A stretch of DNA of 64,000 nucleotides. Source: the human T2T-CHM13v2.0 reference genome, Homo sapiens. Below, in pieces: positions 1 to 15,037 of the stretch (its first letter is position 1; every line of letters starts with the position of its first letter). The position numbers were made by a program, and so were the translations under genes. The notes beneath the pieces are model-generated. The model was not told where the DNA came from. It did not search any database and saw nothing but the letters and a program-made list of their open reading frames with translations. The DNA lies in the NCBI RefSeq assembly GCF_009914755.1, contig NC_060938.1; one strand, given 5' to 3'.

Positions 1-39
1 CCCACCCTTTTCTGTGTCTCCGGGTAGGGTGGGAGGGGA

Positions 40-420
40 CGGACCTCTCCCTGGGCTCTGGCCTTCAGTTGGGTCTGGCTAATAGGAATTGCCTACAAGA
101 GACTGTGAAGCATGGAAGAGATAGAGGCTGGGGTATTCATTCACCACTTTCCAAATGGTTTGGCAGTAGTGGTGTTTCTCTATGTCAAGTCCACAACTTA
201 GGAGGCCTCTCTGATGGCTCTCATTGGTGTCTAGTAGTAGGGAGTGGTTACTCCCTCTCTTTATCCCTTTAAGCCTGGGTGATAACTGCTTCCCCTGTTG
301 CTAGTCCCTGGGTGACCTGCCATCTCTTTTTGGTTCTCTCAACCCTATCCACTCCTCTATAAATAGTCTTTGATTATCATTTTTAGGTGCTGCCTGTTTC
401 CTAATGAGGCCATGACTCAC
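40..420 (+). mobile_element. LTR33-like solo LTR (ERVL)
   Basis: Motifs 'ggccttcagttgggtctggctaataggaa', 'ctgttgctagtccctgggtg', 'ctctataaatagtc' and 'ctgtttcct...tgact' match the recalled LTR33 consensus. Boundaries are approximate. Confidence 0.65.
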
Positions 421-702
421 TCACTCATTTCCTAAAAAATGTTCAGGTAGAGGTAGATACTGTTAAACTGTTAAACTCTATAGAAGGAGGAGGTTGGGAG
501 GTCCCAACAGTCAGAATATGAGGAGAAGTTAGGGCTTCAGCTTGACCTTGACACGTGGGGAGGATTTGCAGACACAACAGAAAGAGAACATGCCAGAAGA
601 ACATCGAGCAGAGCAAAAATTAAAGGGATGTGGGGATCTAACTGCACTTTGGGATCAATAATAGGTTGCCTGCAGTGAAACCAAGTAAGGGTGGGTTATA
701 GG

Positions 703-935
703 AATAATAATGCTAATGTTATTAAGTGCTCGAGTTAGTGTGTGCTAAGTGCTTTACTTGAACTAACTCATTCCATTTTCAACAGTCCTGTGATCTTGTT
801 TTTGAAGAGGAGAAGGAAGCTGAGGTAGAGAGAGGTTAAGAGGTTAAGAACTAGTCCCAGGTTACCCAGCTCCTAAGTGGCCAGGATTTGACCCTTTGTA
901 GTATGGCTGTGAGCCTGCCCTTTGACCCACCATAC
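703..935 (-). mobile_element. MIR SINE
   Basis: 'aataataatgctaatgttattaagtgct...gctaagtgcttta...gctgaggtagagagaggttaag...ggatttgaccc' is the reverse complement of the MIR core and tail. Confidence 0.75.
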
Positions 936-1155
936 TGTGCTGAAGCATAGACCTCCAGAACCCATTGACTGTTTTGGAGCAGGGATAAACTCTGAAGAAA
1001 GTGATATTTAGGAGAGGATGTGCTGGATAGAAGGCATGCGGGGAAAAGCTGGGGGAATCTGCGGCTCTCTCTGCAGGGCATTCAGTTAGCATGCTCCACC
1101 TCCCACGAAATGCAGGGGAAAAGAGGCTCTCAGCCACATATCAATCAGATGGGAT

Positions 1156-1841
1156 TGTCAGCTGCAGAATGATGAGGTTTATACATTTGGAAAGGAGAGC
1201 TTTATTTCTCATAAAGGGTTGCAGCCTGCAGGTGGCTATTCTGACAGGCTGGAAAACACAGCCTTTGGCCAGAAGCCAGAAACAGATACTTCAAGGGAGG
1301 GGCAAAGGGAGCAGAAATTTATGCTGAGTGGGGTGGCTGAAATACATATTTAATAAGCTGTAGGAGGAGTTATAAATATGAAAGGAAAAACATACACATG
1401 CACAATTGAACTTCATGCCTCTCCATGGGTCGTATGTTCAACAAATGACTGTGTTAGCATGATCTGAGGGTAGAATTTTCAGCCCTCTGGCATCAAAGGT
1501 GAAGCATTGGACACAAAAATCCTCAGTGTACATCCTCTGTAGACTGGCCAGAACCACTCTGTGGTCAGAAGGAATGCTGGTCATTTGTGTCAAAGGCACT
1601 AAATGGGAGGGGCAGTCATGGGGTTGGTTGAAATCAATGGTGGGGCAAGCCTTTCCCAAGGACTAGTTTCTGTTTAACCCTTAGGAAAGAAAAGCAAGGG
1701 AGGAGGTATAACTAGGCCTGTCCAAACTCCCATCCAATCATGGCTCGGAACTCAGTTTTCAAGGTTTCTCTGTGGTCCCCTTGGCCAAGAGGGGGCCTGT
1801 TCAGTCAGCTGCAGAGCTTAGGATTTTATTTTTATTTCTCA
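1156..1841 (-). mobile_element. MER39-like solo LTR (ERV1)
   Basis: The minus strand starts TGAGAAATAAAAATAAAATCCTAAG...CTCTTGGCCAAGGGGACC and ends ...TGACA. The flanks GGAT/GGTT look like a decayed 4-bp TSD. Confidence 0.75.
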
Positions 1842-1961
1842 GGTTCATCTGCCCTCTTCTGGGTGTGACTATGGAAGAGCTGTCTTTCCTTTTCATATGC
1901 CCCGCGTCAGAATTCTTGTTCCTTTATCTGAGTGGCAGGGAAATGGAAAGGACCGGAGTCA

Positions 1962-2594
<633 letters not shown>

Positions 2595-2730
2595 TCATGT
2601 GCATTCCTGTCATGGAGAGCACCCAAAATAGGTATTCACAAATACTAGTGGGAATTGCTCCCTCCTATTAATCTATCTTCCTTCCATTTAAAGTCATTAT
2701 GAAATGATAAGGGTGTTGGACAGAGTCCGT

Positions 2731-2808
2731 CCTCCCCTCCCCTCCCCTCCCTCCCCTCCCCTCCCTCCCTCCCTCCATCCCTCCCTCCCTCCCTTCCTTC
2801 CTTCCTTC
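2731..2808. repeat. (CCCCT)n/(CCCT)n/(CCTT)n polypyrimidine simple repeat
   Basis: Pure C/T tract with a single A, read directly from the sequence. Confidence 0.95.
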
Positions 2809-3006
2809 TCACTGTGAAAAATTCCAAACAGACATAAAAGTAAGATAGTGAAATATACCATCATCATCATCAAGACTTATCAATGCTCAGCAGCTTGCTG
2901 TATTTCATTTATTTTATTTTTGCTAAAATATTATGAAGCAATCCCAAATATCATACATTTTATATCAAATACTTCAGTGTGCATATCTAGAAGATAATGT
3001 TTTCTT

Positions 3007-3643
3007 GGCTGGGTGTGATGGCTCATGCCTGTAATCCTAGTGCTTTGGGAGGCCAAGATGGGAGGATCACTGGAACCCTGGAGTGCAGACCAGCCTGGGC
3101 AACATAGTGAGACCATGTTTCTAAAAATAATAAAAAAATTAGCTGAGTGTGGTGGCACACTGATATGGTTTGGCTGTGTCCCCACCCAAATCTCATAAAT
3201 CTCATAAATTGTAGCTCCCATAATTCCCTCATATTGTGGGAGGGACCCGGTGGGAGATAATTGAATCATGGGGGTGGCAGTTTCCCCCATACTGTTGTCG
3301 TGGTAGTGAATAAGACTCCTGAGATCTGGTGGTTTTATAAGGGGAAACCCCTTTCACTTGGCTCTCATTCTCCTCTCGTCTGCTGCCATGGTGAGGCATC
3401 CGCAGTCACGTGGAACTGTGAGTCCATTAAACCTCTTTCTTTTGCAAATTGCCCAGTCTAGGGTATGTCTTCATCAGCAGCTTGAGAACAGACTAATACA
3501 CACTTCTAGTCCTAATTACTTGGAAGACTGAGATGGGAGGATTGCTTGAGCCCAGGAGTCTGAGGATGCAGTGAGCTGTGATTATGTCACTGCACTCCAG
3601 CCTGATCAAGACCCTGTCTCCAAAAAAAAAAGAAAAAAGAAAA
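3007..3643 (+). mobile_element. AluJ split by a THE1 LTR (3007-3160 and 3501-3643)
   Basis: The first part ends ggtggcacac. The second part resumes 'cacttctagtcc...gggaggattgcttgagcccaggag' (J-type diagnostics) and runs to the A-tail. Confidence 0.9.
3161..3500 (+). mobile_element. THE1B-like solo LTR (MaLR)
   Basis: Termini TGATATGGTTTGGCTGTGTCCCCACCCAAATCTC ... GGGTATGTCTTCATCAGCAGC...GACTAATACA. Confidence 0.9.
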
Positions 3644-4222
3644 TTATATTTTCGTAACATAATGTCATTAATACACCTAAAAAAATTAACAGTAATTCCT
3701 TAATAGTAAGTAATACCCAGACCATAGTCGCATGTATTCAATTGCCAGCACAGTCTTTTTATAGTCGATTTGTTCAAATCAAGATCTAAGCATGGTAAGT
3801 AGCACAAGAGAGAACAGCTAGCTGGGGCCCCGTTTACAGTTCTTAGAGTGGAATGCAGGAATTTCTTTGCCTAGTGCACAGTGAGTCAGTTTTACTAATA
3901 AAGTGCACCCTGACATTTGTGGTTTTGACTGTCTGGAAACAACTTCAAATGTACATGGCATTTAGTAGTGTCTGCTGAAGCACAAAAGTGAATCCTAGGG
4001 ACTCCTGAGGCTGTGTCTGGGAGGGAGTGGTTCAGCTAGAGAGTAAACCTAGCTGAGAGCTGGCACTTGGCTCCTCAATGACGCTTTGTTCTTCTCTTCT
4101 TCTCTTTTCTTATTCTTCCCTGATTTGGGATTTCACAGACTTGTACAATTAAAAAGTAGAGTTTTACATAGAATTATTAATCTTTTATTTTGCTAAGTAA
4201 GGACATCAGAAAAAAAAGTCTT

Positions 4223-4519
4223 GGCTGGGTGTGATGGCTCACGCCTGTAATCCCAGCACTTTGGGAGGCCGAGGCTGGTGGATCATCTGAGGTCAGGAGT
4301 TTGAGACCAGCCTGGCCAACTTGGTGAAAGCCCGTCTCTACTAAACATACCAAAATTAGCCAGGTGTGGTGGTGCATGCCTGTAATGCCAGCTGCTTGGG
4401 AGGCTGTGGCAGGAGAATCACTTGAACCCACGAGGCAGAGGTTTCAGTGAGCTGAGACTGCACCACTGAACTCTAGCCTGGGCGACAGAGCAAGACTCTA
4501 TCTCAAAAAAAAAAAAAAA
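4223..4519 (+). mobile_element. Alu (AluS-type), full length
   Basis: Dimeric Alu with an A-tail; TSD-like aaaaaa(g)tct. Confidence 0.95.
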
Positions 4520-5107
4520 TCTATCACCATTATTTCTTAAAAGAAAGGATATTTTAATACTAAAAGGGTAGAACTGACATGATTTCAGAATAATGGAGCA
4601 TCTATCCCAGGAAGTGATTATTGGCCACCTTATCTTGACATTATATATGTTCTGTGGTTCTAGTTTTGTTATTTTGTCATGGATTGGTGAACAACATTTT
4701 GTCACAGTTTGGTATTTGGGAAGCATTCCTCTACCCAAGATTGCTTAGATAGTAAAACTTGTGCCGTGATAAAAATGTCATTCTCTTTTGAAAAATAGTT
4801 GAGTGGGAGAGGAAACTTGTAGTAAAAGTTGAAAATGAAGTTAACTTGTGATGTAGAGATAGGCACAGAGATGCTACTGTTTTGATCTGTGATTTAGGGG
4901 CATAATGGGAGCAGGTACAAACATTTCCATATTCTCATATAGATCTGCGATTAGATCAAGGGATGTCAAGAATTATTCTCTTAAACTTATTAGGCCTCTG
5001 ATCCAACTTCTTCTTGGCTCCCAAGAACTTTCATTGTTCTTGCTCACATTTCCAAGCCCACATGTCCTCCTTGTCCTGTACTCACAGCCTAATACCAGCA
5101 TTAAGCG

Positions 5108-5912
5108 GATGACCCCCACATTTGCATCTCTTGCCCACTCTGCTCTGCTGAGCTTCAGACCAATGTATCCAATTGCATTCAATAACAGCTGCATTCAACA
5201 ACAGGGAACCGTTACTCTGCTTCCTCATTCTAGCTCTTCGTCCTCTCTTCCTATTGTGCAAAATGGAGACTTGCTCATGCCAGAAACCAGGAGCTCTCGC
5301 ATCCATATTCACCCCTCTAAGATTTTACTTCCGAATATATTTCAGTCTATTTACTTCATGCCATTACTATCCCTACCACTCCAGTCTAGGTCACTGCTAC
5401 CTCTTGCTTGGGCTTCTACAACAGTTCTTCTTACTCCACCATCTCTACACTAACCCTACCAGTTCATTCTTCATACAGCCAGAGTGACTTTCTTAAAATG
5501 GAAATTGTGTCACATTGTACCCCCTGTTTAAAGCTCTGAGGGCATTTGAGATAAAATGAAAAAAAAAAAAAATTAAGAGAGGGTCCAAGTCCCATGTGGC
5601 CTGCCCATTACCCAACTTCAGTCTCATCTCAAGCAACTTTCCTTTTCATCTACCCTGCTTGATTGATACATGCTGGACTTTGATTTTCTTGAATACTCGA
5701 AACTTTCTGATTCAGAGTAGGGAAGACATGGTGTTTCTTCTACTAGAAAGTCCTTCTCCCTCCCCTCTCTGCTGTCTGTCTCTTCCCCCTCTGCATTGTA
5801 AGCTCCCTGAGGACAGACCCTAGACTATTGTGCTCATTAATGAATAACCAATATCTATTCATAATAGCACAGTCCTTGGCAGAGAGTAGGTGCTTGCTAA
5901 ATGAGTGAATGA
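5108..5912 (+). mobile_element. L2 LINE 3' portion
   Basis: L2 motifs 'gccagagtgactttcttaaaat' and 'tgtaagctccctgaggacaga', with the terminal 'agtaggtgcttgctaaatgagtgaatga'. Confidence 0.75.
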
Positions 5913-6689
5913 CTATTCCAATTAATACCAAACTTCCTTCATCCCTATAGAAGGACAGAAAGGAGAGGCTGAATATATTTGAAAAAGAAACAAGGCCATA
6001 TCTTTGCTAGGTCAGCCAAATTGATATTGGGTATTCAGACGAATATTTATCTGTGTCGTTGTAATAACGGACCTTTCTGTGAAATAAAGTCAATCATATT
6101 TAAGTGGGTGCTATGATCAGCCCCATTTTGTCTGCGTTGCAATAATTGCCAAGGTTTCTATAAAACTCCTGGAAAGGGTGACCCCTCTGTCTTGATAAAG
6201 TGCTAAATCTGTCCATTATAGACAAAGATCTATAATATGTCCATTAAAAAAACACTAAGTACCTTATTAGAAAAGACTAAAATCAAATACATGGAAAATG
6301 GCCCCATAACTTAAGCCCACACTTTTATTACAGTTTTTAAAGAGAAGAGTCAACATATTTGTAGAACCATTTCCTATAATACTTTTCAATAAATTATATA
6401 ATTTGCACTTTTGCTTAGCGGAAATGAAATGTGTTCTGAGAATTGTAAGCCCACATTGAGCTCCTATTTTACTAATTCCCTTTTAATGCATCATCTCAGT
6501 GACTCACATTTAGCACCACATCTTACTGGCTAATTATCTCTACTTTTCAGTTTAGCATCCTACTTCATGCTAATTGAGTCCTTACTTGTATTTTGTGGGT
6601 ATGATTTATCCCAACTATACTGTAAGCTTCTTGTAAACAGGAGTTCATGTATTTTTCTACTTCTGCATTGTAGTTACCCTGTGTAATAG

Positions 6690-7100
6690 GCAAAGTCATA
6701 GAACAGTGAAAAAAAAAAACAACCGACATCTCAGGGGCTTCGTTTCCTACTCAACCTGCATGTCCAATATGGGTCCGCAGGGGAACTCTGACACATCCAT
6801 CACCCTCATATTCACCCTACTAAGAGTTGTGTTCTCCCAGGGACCCAGGCTAATGAAGGCTTTGTCTTGACACTTCTTTCCCTGATCAAAACAACACTGA
6901 GGAGGAAACATGACAAACCCCATAGCTGGATTTTATAGCTCCTGCCAGTGTGTAATACATATCATTCCACATGCATGTCATTGGCTAACACAAGTCACAC
7001 GGCCATGCCCAACCTCAAAAGTGGTGGGCAAATGCAGCCCTATTGTGTGCCAGGAAAGAAGAGAGTCAAGAATACTGGCAGCTCTGCACTCATGATTCAC
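6690..7100 (-). mobile_element. Old MaLR LTR (MLT1J/K-like)
   Basis: 'tcattggctaacacaagtcacacggccatgcccaacctcaaaag...gggcaaatgcagccctatt' is typical of old MLT1 in reverse orientation. Confidence 0.65.
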
Positions 7101-7389
7101 ACTCAGTGCTGCTCAGTTCCAGCTCATGATGGGATTTCTATCATAACTTGTTTCATTGAAGTTTGGAAATGCCTGAAGGAATATATGTGGGCTCAAGGTA
7201 AAGAGAAGGCAGTTACTGGTTGAAAAGAAGAAAGTGTGGCTACTGTGTGTTTGTACTCTTTCTTGTTTCAATTTCTAAAATCTGGAAGGGAAAGCCCTAA
7301 AGAATATTTCAAAATAAAGGACCCACATGAATACCTGCCTTTATGTAGCCAATAGGTGTGTACTGACTAATCATCTGGTATTCCACTTG

Positions 7390-8100
7390 ACCTAGTCAAC
7401 ATTTCTGCCAATGATTTGCATGATTGCAGATGCTGACATGCAGAAAACATTTGCATACTATATGAACCTGGAACCAAATTACTGGAATGAATAATTTGGG
7501 TGATAGAATTATGATCCAAAGCTGGGATCATGGGCTGGAATAATGGGTTCACTGTAAAGGATAAATGTGTGATGTTTGGGTCTAAAGACCAATTCAATTA
7601 CAAAACTACAAGATGGCAGAGCTTTGAATAATAGCATATGTAAAAAATCTTCATGATTTTATGTTGACATGAATTGTATTCTTATCTGATGGTGGGATAT
7701 GGTGGACAAATGAATTAAAGGAATGTCTGTCTGCATGGGAACATGACACCCAGGCCCATGAAGGAGGGGCTCATGAAGTCTGCTCAGGCATTGTGCAGAG
7801 CCTTGAGCTAAGTTTGGCCTGTCAGTGCTTGAGGGACCTTGACAGATGAGCCTGCCCAGAGGAGAGTAGTGAGGTTACCAATGGAATGAGAACACTCAAG
7901 GAGCAGATGAAGGGGCTAGGCCAGCTTATCCTAGAGAATAGAGACTGGATTGGGGAAATGTGGGATGGGAAGGGCAGCCTTCACATACTCATAGAGCTAC
8001 CAGGTAGAAGAGGGAATAAACTTTGTCTTGCTGTGGAAGGCAGAGCAAGGATAGATCATAGCACTGATTTTGACACAACGGAGAATAGAACTCTGTGAAG
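7390..8100 (+). mobile_element. CR1/L3 LINE fragment
   Basis: 'aaggataaatgtgtgatgtttgggtctaaagaccaattc...acaagatggcaga...aatagcatatgtaaaaaatct' resembles the L3/CR1 RT 3' region. Confidence 0.55.
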
Positions 8101-8199
8101 TCCATGTCTGTGTTATTCTGTGTTCTAACCGAACTCTGTGAAGTCTCAGTTAAGTTTCTTCTATGTTATGTCACAGAGAAGATTCATGAATCCAAAGAG

Positions 8200-8310
8200 T
8201 AGAGTGACCAACTTCGTTTACCCAAGACTCAGAGATTTTTCTAAGACTTAGAATCTTCAGTGCTAAAATCAGAAAAATCCCAGGCAAACCTGGAAGAATT
8301 GGTCACCCTA
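8200..8310 (+). mobile_element. MER81 hAT-Blackjack MITE
   Basis: TIRs TAGAGTGACCA / TGGTCACCCTA, internal 'ttcagtgctaaaatc', and an 8-bp TSD CCAAAGAG (8192-8199) / CCAAAGAA (8311-8318). Confidence 0.85.
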
Positions 8311-10947
8311 CCAAAGAAGTTTGCTTTTAATGTTATCTAAGGTCTCAGCCCCCTCAGAGATTCTATGATTTCTAAGATAGATATGTTGATTTTCTCAGAA
8401 AAATTTCAGGTAAATGCAGTGATTCTTATACAGTACTTTTGGTTCTCAGTCCCATGCTAATTTAATCATGAAAGACTTTTACATGTATTTTGAGCAATTA
8501 TTCCACATTTGTGTTTAAGATTTGATCATTGCCAGTAGATTCATGCCCTACAATTGTATCAAATAATCAGGAGAATATTTCCCTGCAAGTCCAAAGTCAT
8601 TAATTACATAAATGAACATTTTAGAAATACAGAACTGCACCTTTCTTAAGAAACCACAGTGGGTAATTTGATTGTTTGAATGGCCGTTATCCTTAGATGA
8701 AGCTTTATGAAGGTGAACGGCAGAACAGGCTGTTCCATCGGAATGAAATTTCACTAGGCTTATACACAATGAAAGAGCTATTTGTGTTCAAGACATCCTA
8801 GTAGAAACTTTGTTCCTTTCTTTTAATCATTTATTATATATGGGGTTCTGGAATAAATTTATTAAATCAATCTGCAATCTTGAAGATTTGTTCATTTTTT
8901 GGGGTTCAATGTTTGTGTATTTAGGAATAAGACCTTCACAAAGAGGTTTTGTAGTTTTCCCTTGGCATTCTTTTTGGTAATATGCCACCTGGCCATTCTA
9001 ACTGTTCAACTTCAATACAACCATGCGATGGTTTATTGAGGTCTGCCAACTTCCCTAAGCCATTTCCCTTATAGCACACTTGACAAAACCATGTTAATAG
9101 AGTCCTACGAGATGAGAAGAGTAACTGGTGAATGGGCTCTATTTTTTAATCTAGTTGGTGATTTATGGAGAAGAGAAAGAGACTCTTCAGGTTTCTGCCT
9201 TTCCATCTCATTTCAAGAACAGAAATACATCGAGGTAAGAGAATCATGGCAAGGCTATTGATGTGGCTTAAGGGCAGTGGCAATAAAAAGAGTTTTGACT
9301 GAGAGGAAAATAGTGGGAAACAGCTGCTCACTCAAGCCCACTCCACCACATGCTCCCTCCTACTTTGGTTTGGCTTCATGCCTTCTGGGAATTTTCCTTG
9401 GATCATGCATCTGACTCTTCTCTCTGCTGTCACACAGAATAACTCTATTCTTGGATCTGTGTTCACTGTAGTTGTTGATGAAAGATTTACTATAAGGCCA
9501 GGAAAAAAACCTTGTTGTTCATGATGAATAAAGCCCCAAATGGGTACAGTCTTGGACATTCTACTGCTTAAATTATCAACCATGCAAGAGAGGTATACAA
9601 TTGTCTTAGCTTCCTGTCTGTATCACTCTGTGTACTGTGGCTATGGTAGCTTTGGAAACTAATTGGAAACAGAAGCAATGCAGTGTAGGATAGTGACACA
9701 TCCCCGAGAAGATCTTATACGAAGAAGAGATGCATTTATTACTAGAATCTGCAACCCCCCCTCACAATCTCATCTATCTATTTTCACAAGTAACACTCTG
9801 GAATCTCAAACTGAGTGTGGAATTGTATACTTACCTTGTATGGCCTTTCACATTGATTTGAAAAGGAAGTCAGAACTGAGTATTTTTAGTGGACACTGCA
9901 ATTTTGATCCAGAATATCTTAACTTTTTATGAATCATTGCAATGGTAAATATTGGAAATCCGTTGTTCAAGTTCAGAAAAAGGCTCACCAAAGGTAAATA
10001 GCATGTGTGCTCATCAATGATAATTAGCTTGCTTTTATTTAGCTATATTCCAGCCATGTTTAAACACCCATGGGAACATGACTGCCCCTTTCTGGGATTG
10101 CATCTGAAGTTATCTACATGGATAAAGGTGGATTCCCCCCCTTCCTTCTTGGTACTCATTTTTCCTGGATTTGATCTTTTTCTCACACTATCCACACTGA
10201 GGAAAGGTGAATATCTCCTCAGCATTTCCCATGATTAGGAGGAAGATGATACTTGATTGTAGAACAGAAACCTACCCTCAAGAGAGAAGTTGGGAAAGAG
10301 GTTTTGAGAAATAATTTGCTTGTGCAGGAACAAGAACATGGAGAGACTTATGAATGTTGAGTCAGAAAACTCACTGTGATGAGAATGAAGTGTATAAAGT
10401 AACTTAGCAATGTCAGTGATGCAGGAGAAGCTGTAGAGTGGGCCAGTGGTGTTGCTCCCGGGATAGACATTTTCATGGACCTGTCATGCTGGACTGGCAC
10501 TGTGCACACTGCTGCTCTTGCTGTGCTATCCTACGCTGAATACATTGCGGTCTCAGATTTACTGTGACTGCACTTTTCAAAAAATAGTGTTTGAAATTTA
10601 TGAAAATATGAAAATCTGAATGTTACTAATTGGATTTATACTGCTTATCAAGAGATTCTTCTTCACATATACTCAGGGCATTGCTGAACTGAGGTATCAC
10701 CACCTTTCTGCCCAGTCACTTTCCACGTTTGCTAAGTTCTCCTGTAGGCTGCCCTGTCAATGTGACGCTTATTGCACATGGCCTATGTGCCACCCTTCCT
10801 GTCACCTTCAGTTTATCCCATGCTTGAATTGCACTATCATGTTATAAATCCATCAGAGAGTTCTTGTTTTATTCAAACTGGTATCAAAACAAAATTATCT
10901 ACAGGCAGCCAAGCCAAGTTTTTCCTTTACTTGCTTTTGAAAGACTT

Positions 10948-12372
<1,425 letters not shown>

Positions 12373-12474
12373 TTATAAATTTAATTATGCTAGGAGAAAT
12401 AATCACCAAGTTACTGTTTGGTGTATAACATTTTCCCTCACGACATCAATCAGGTGCCCGAAATAAACAGCTAA

Positions 12475-12827
<353 letters not shown>

Positions 12828-13207
12828 TGAGTTTTTTCTGTCTTTCCTATAGAATTTTCAAGCTCTTAAAACAAGTGCATGCTTCATGTGACCTTTTCAT
12901 TGAACCCACAAAAATCACTGCAAATGCTGTTTTCTCTTAGGCTCTAAAACTTAAAATAGGGAAATGAATCTGAGGCAGTCAACACAACTGGGATGCTTCC
13001 TTTAAAAAAAATTCTTACAGACTGCAAAAGATAGGCATCTCATCTCATTTGTATTTAACATCATATATGATATGCATAGATATATAGATATAACTTACAC
13101 AAAGATAATTCAATATACATGCTTTGAATAATCCTACTGATTGGTTGCCTTCTTGCTTAAGTAGTCATTGCAGAGACAATAAGGTTTGCTTAACATGCCT
13201 CTTTGGC

Positions 13208-13230
13208 TGTGTGTGTGTGTGTGTGTGTGT
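13208..13230. repeat. (TG)n microsatellite
   Basis: Read directly from the sequence. Confidence 0.95.
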
Positions 13231-14289
13231 ACATAAAGAGAAAATACAGCTTTGGGAAGAGACCAGTCTTTCACTATAATTGTTTGGAACGTAATGAGCT
13301 GGTATATTCCTTAACATAAAGCCACCACTATGATGTGCTATTCTTTACCATGTCCTAAGATGGTTGTGTTGTAAACTGGGGTTATGGTATACTGACTTCA
13401 TTCCTTATAGCTAAATCATTAAGGATAATAATTAGCATTCTTTCTGTATGTGTGCAGATTACAAATTTAACCTGAGATGTGTTTCCCCTTCAGACAAATT
13501 GCTTTTGGGTCCACAAAAGCATTTCTTCGTTGTTTATTTTTAAAAATTATCCTGCCTTTTCTTTTTAGCAAGCAAATGTTTATCGGACACCTCATTTGTA
13601 AAGTCTATAATAAACAGTGGGAGGGAGGGAATCTCTGTCTTTAAGGAACTTATTATTTAGTGGAAGAACCTAAAACCCGTTAGTTGTGGTGTGCTTATTA
13701 AGTTTCCACATGGGACAAAAATATACATTGCTGATTAATATGCCAAGGTGGTATATATTTAGTTAGGTTTAGGTCATACGAAAAGTTTGGTTATACATCC
13801 CCATTGGCATATACACACATACACATTTATTTAGATCAGTGGCTTTCAAGCATGTTTTCTCTCCTAAAGTGGCAGAGACTCTAGCCTAAGTGAGGGAGAG
13901 GCAGGATTCTTACTGTTGGCCCTCTTTATGCCACCTCCTGTCTTCATGCAGTAGCCTTGAGCATGACCTGAAAATTCCTGATTCAGATTGTTTGATATGC
14001 AACAGTGTGTCTTAGAACATTAATTATTACAACTGTAGTCAATTTCTACAAGCATAACTCAATATACATGCTTTGAATAATCCTACTGGTTGGTTGCCAT
14101 GTTGATTAAGTAGCCTTGTTTCTAATGGCTTTGCAGTTTTTTCTTAATTCAGGCCTTTCACATCGTTCACCCTCTTAGTCAACCATATGCAGTTTATAGC
14201 TTCACTATAGACATTTTCTATAACCAATTTGTCTCTTTGGCAATACACATCTTATTGATTTTCTAAATAAATATCTGGGCCTTATCACT

Positions 14290-15010
14290 TAGGATCTCAT
14301 CACTTTTCATCTGAATTATTAGGAGAACCTCTGCACTAGCTTTCTGCCTTTATTCTTGAAATTGATAGTGAATTTATTCCTTTCCACTTTGTTACCAGAG
14401 GGGTATTCCTGAATCATGAGTCATTTTTTGTTCTTCCCTGTTTAAATTTTAGTGAGTTGTGTGGTCCTGGAGATAAAGTTCAAACCTCCTAACGTGGCAT
14501 ACCAATTTCGTCCAGTTCAGCTTATTGAATCTCTGATGAGATCCCCCAGTAATTCAGGAACCAGGTTAGAGATGGGAGTCCTTCCTCCAACCTTGTCCTC
14601 TGCCTCATCCTTTTATGTGTGTTGAGTTGTTTTCTATTATAGCACCTCAGCACCTCATTGCCTTGGTACAGGCTGTAGCCTCTGCCTGGCACAGCCTTCT
14701 GCAAGCTTCAATAATTCCTCTTTTTTTTTCCCAAAATTCAGCTTAAGTTTCACTTATTTTAGAAACATTTCATGATTGTTTCCAGACTAAGATCTCTTCT
14801 TCTGTGTTCCCTCTCTCCACTGAAGCTATATCCCAGCATATACTTTTGTTAGAATTCTATTGCACTGATTTGTAACAATTTTCTGTCTCCTCTCATAAGA
14901 ATGTGTTTATTTGATGGCCAGGACTGCATCCTGTTCATGGTTGTATTCTCTGTACTATATCATCTATCAAGGCGACTTGCATAAATATTTTATTTTAAAA
15001 TATGTGAATT
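14290..15010 (+). mobile_element. L2 LINE fragment
   Basis: Degenerate L2 3' motifs ('ccagaggggtattcctgaa', 'gataaagttcaaacctcctaacgtggcat', 'ggccaggactgcatcctgttcat'). Confidence 0.55.
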
Positions 15011-15037
15011 TGAGCCCCTCTTAATATTGATCCCCTC

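Larger units (their letters stand above)
2812..3800 (-). mobile_element. Old L1 3' end (L1MC4/5-like), interrupted by an AluJ and a THE1 LTR
   Basis: 'aagcaatcccaaatatcatacatttt...aaatacttcagtgtgcatatcta' and 'acacctaaaaaaattaacagtaattccttaata' resemble L1MC 3'UTR on both sides of the Alu. Confidence 0.6.

Noticed and set aside
4905-5453. 182-aa Ser/Leu/Pro-rich ORF
   Set aside because: It overlaps a degenerate L2, has low-complexity composition and shows no recognisable domain.
8088-8145. 15-bp direct repeat gaactctgtgaagtc (similar short repeats at ~23268/23301 and ~36671/36712)
   Set aside because: These are ordinary local slippage duplications with no further structure.
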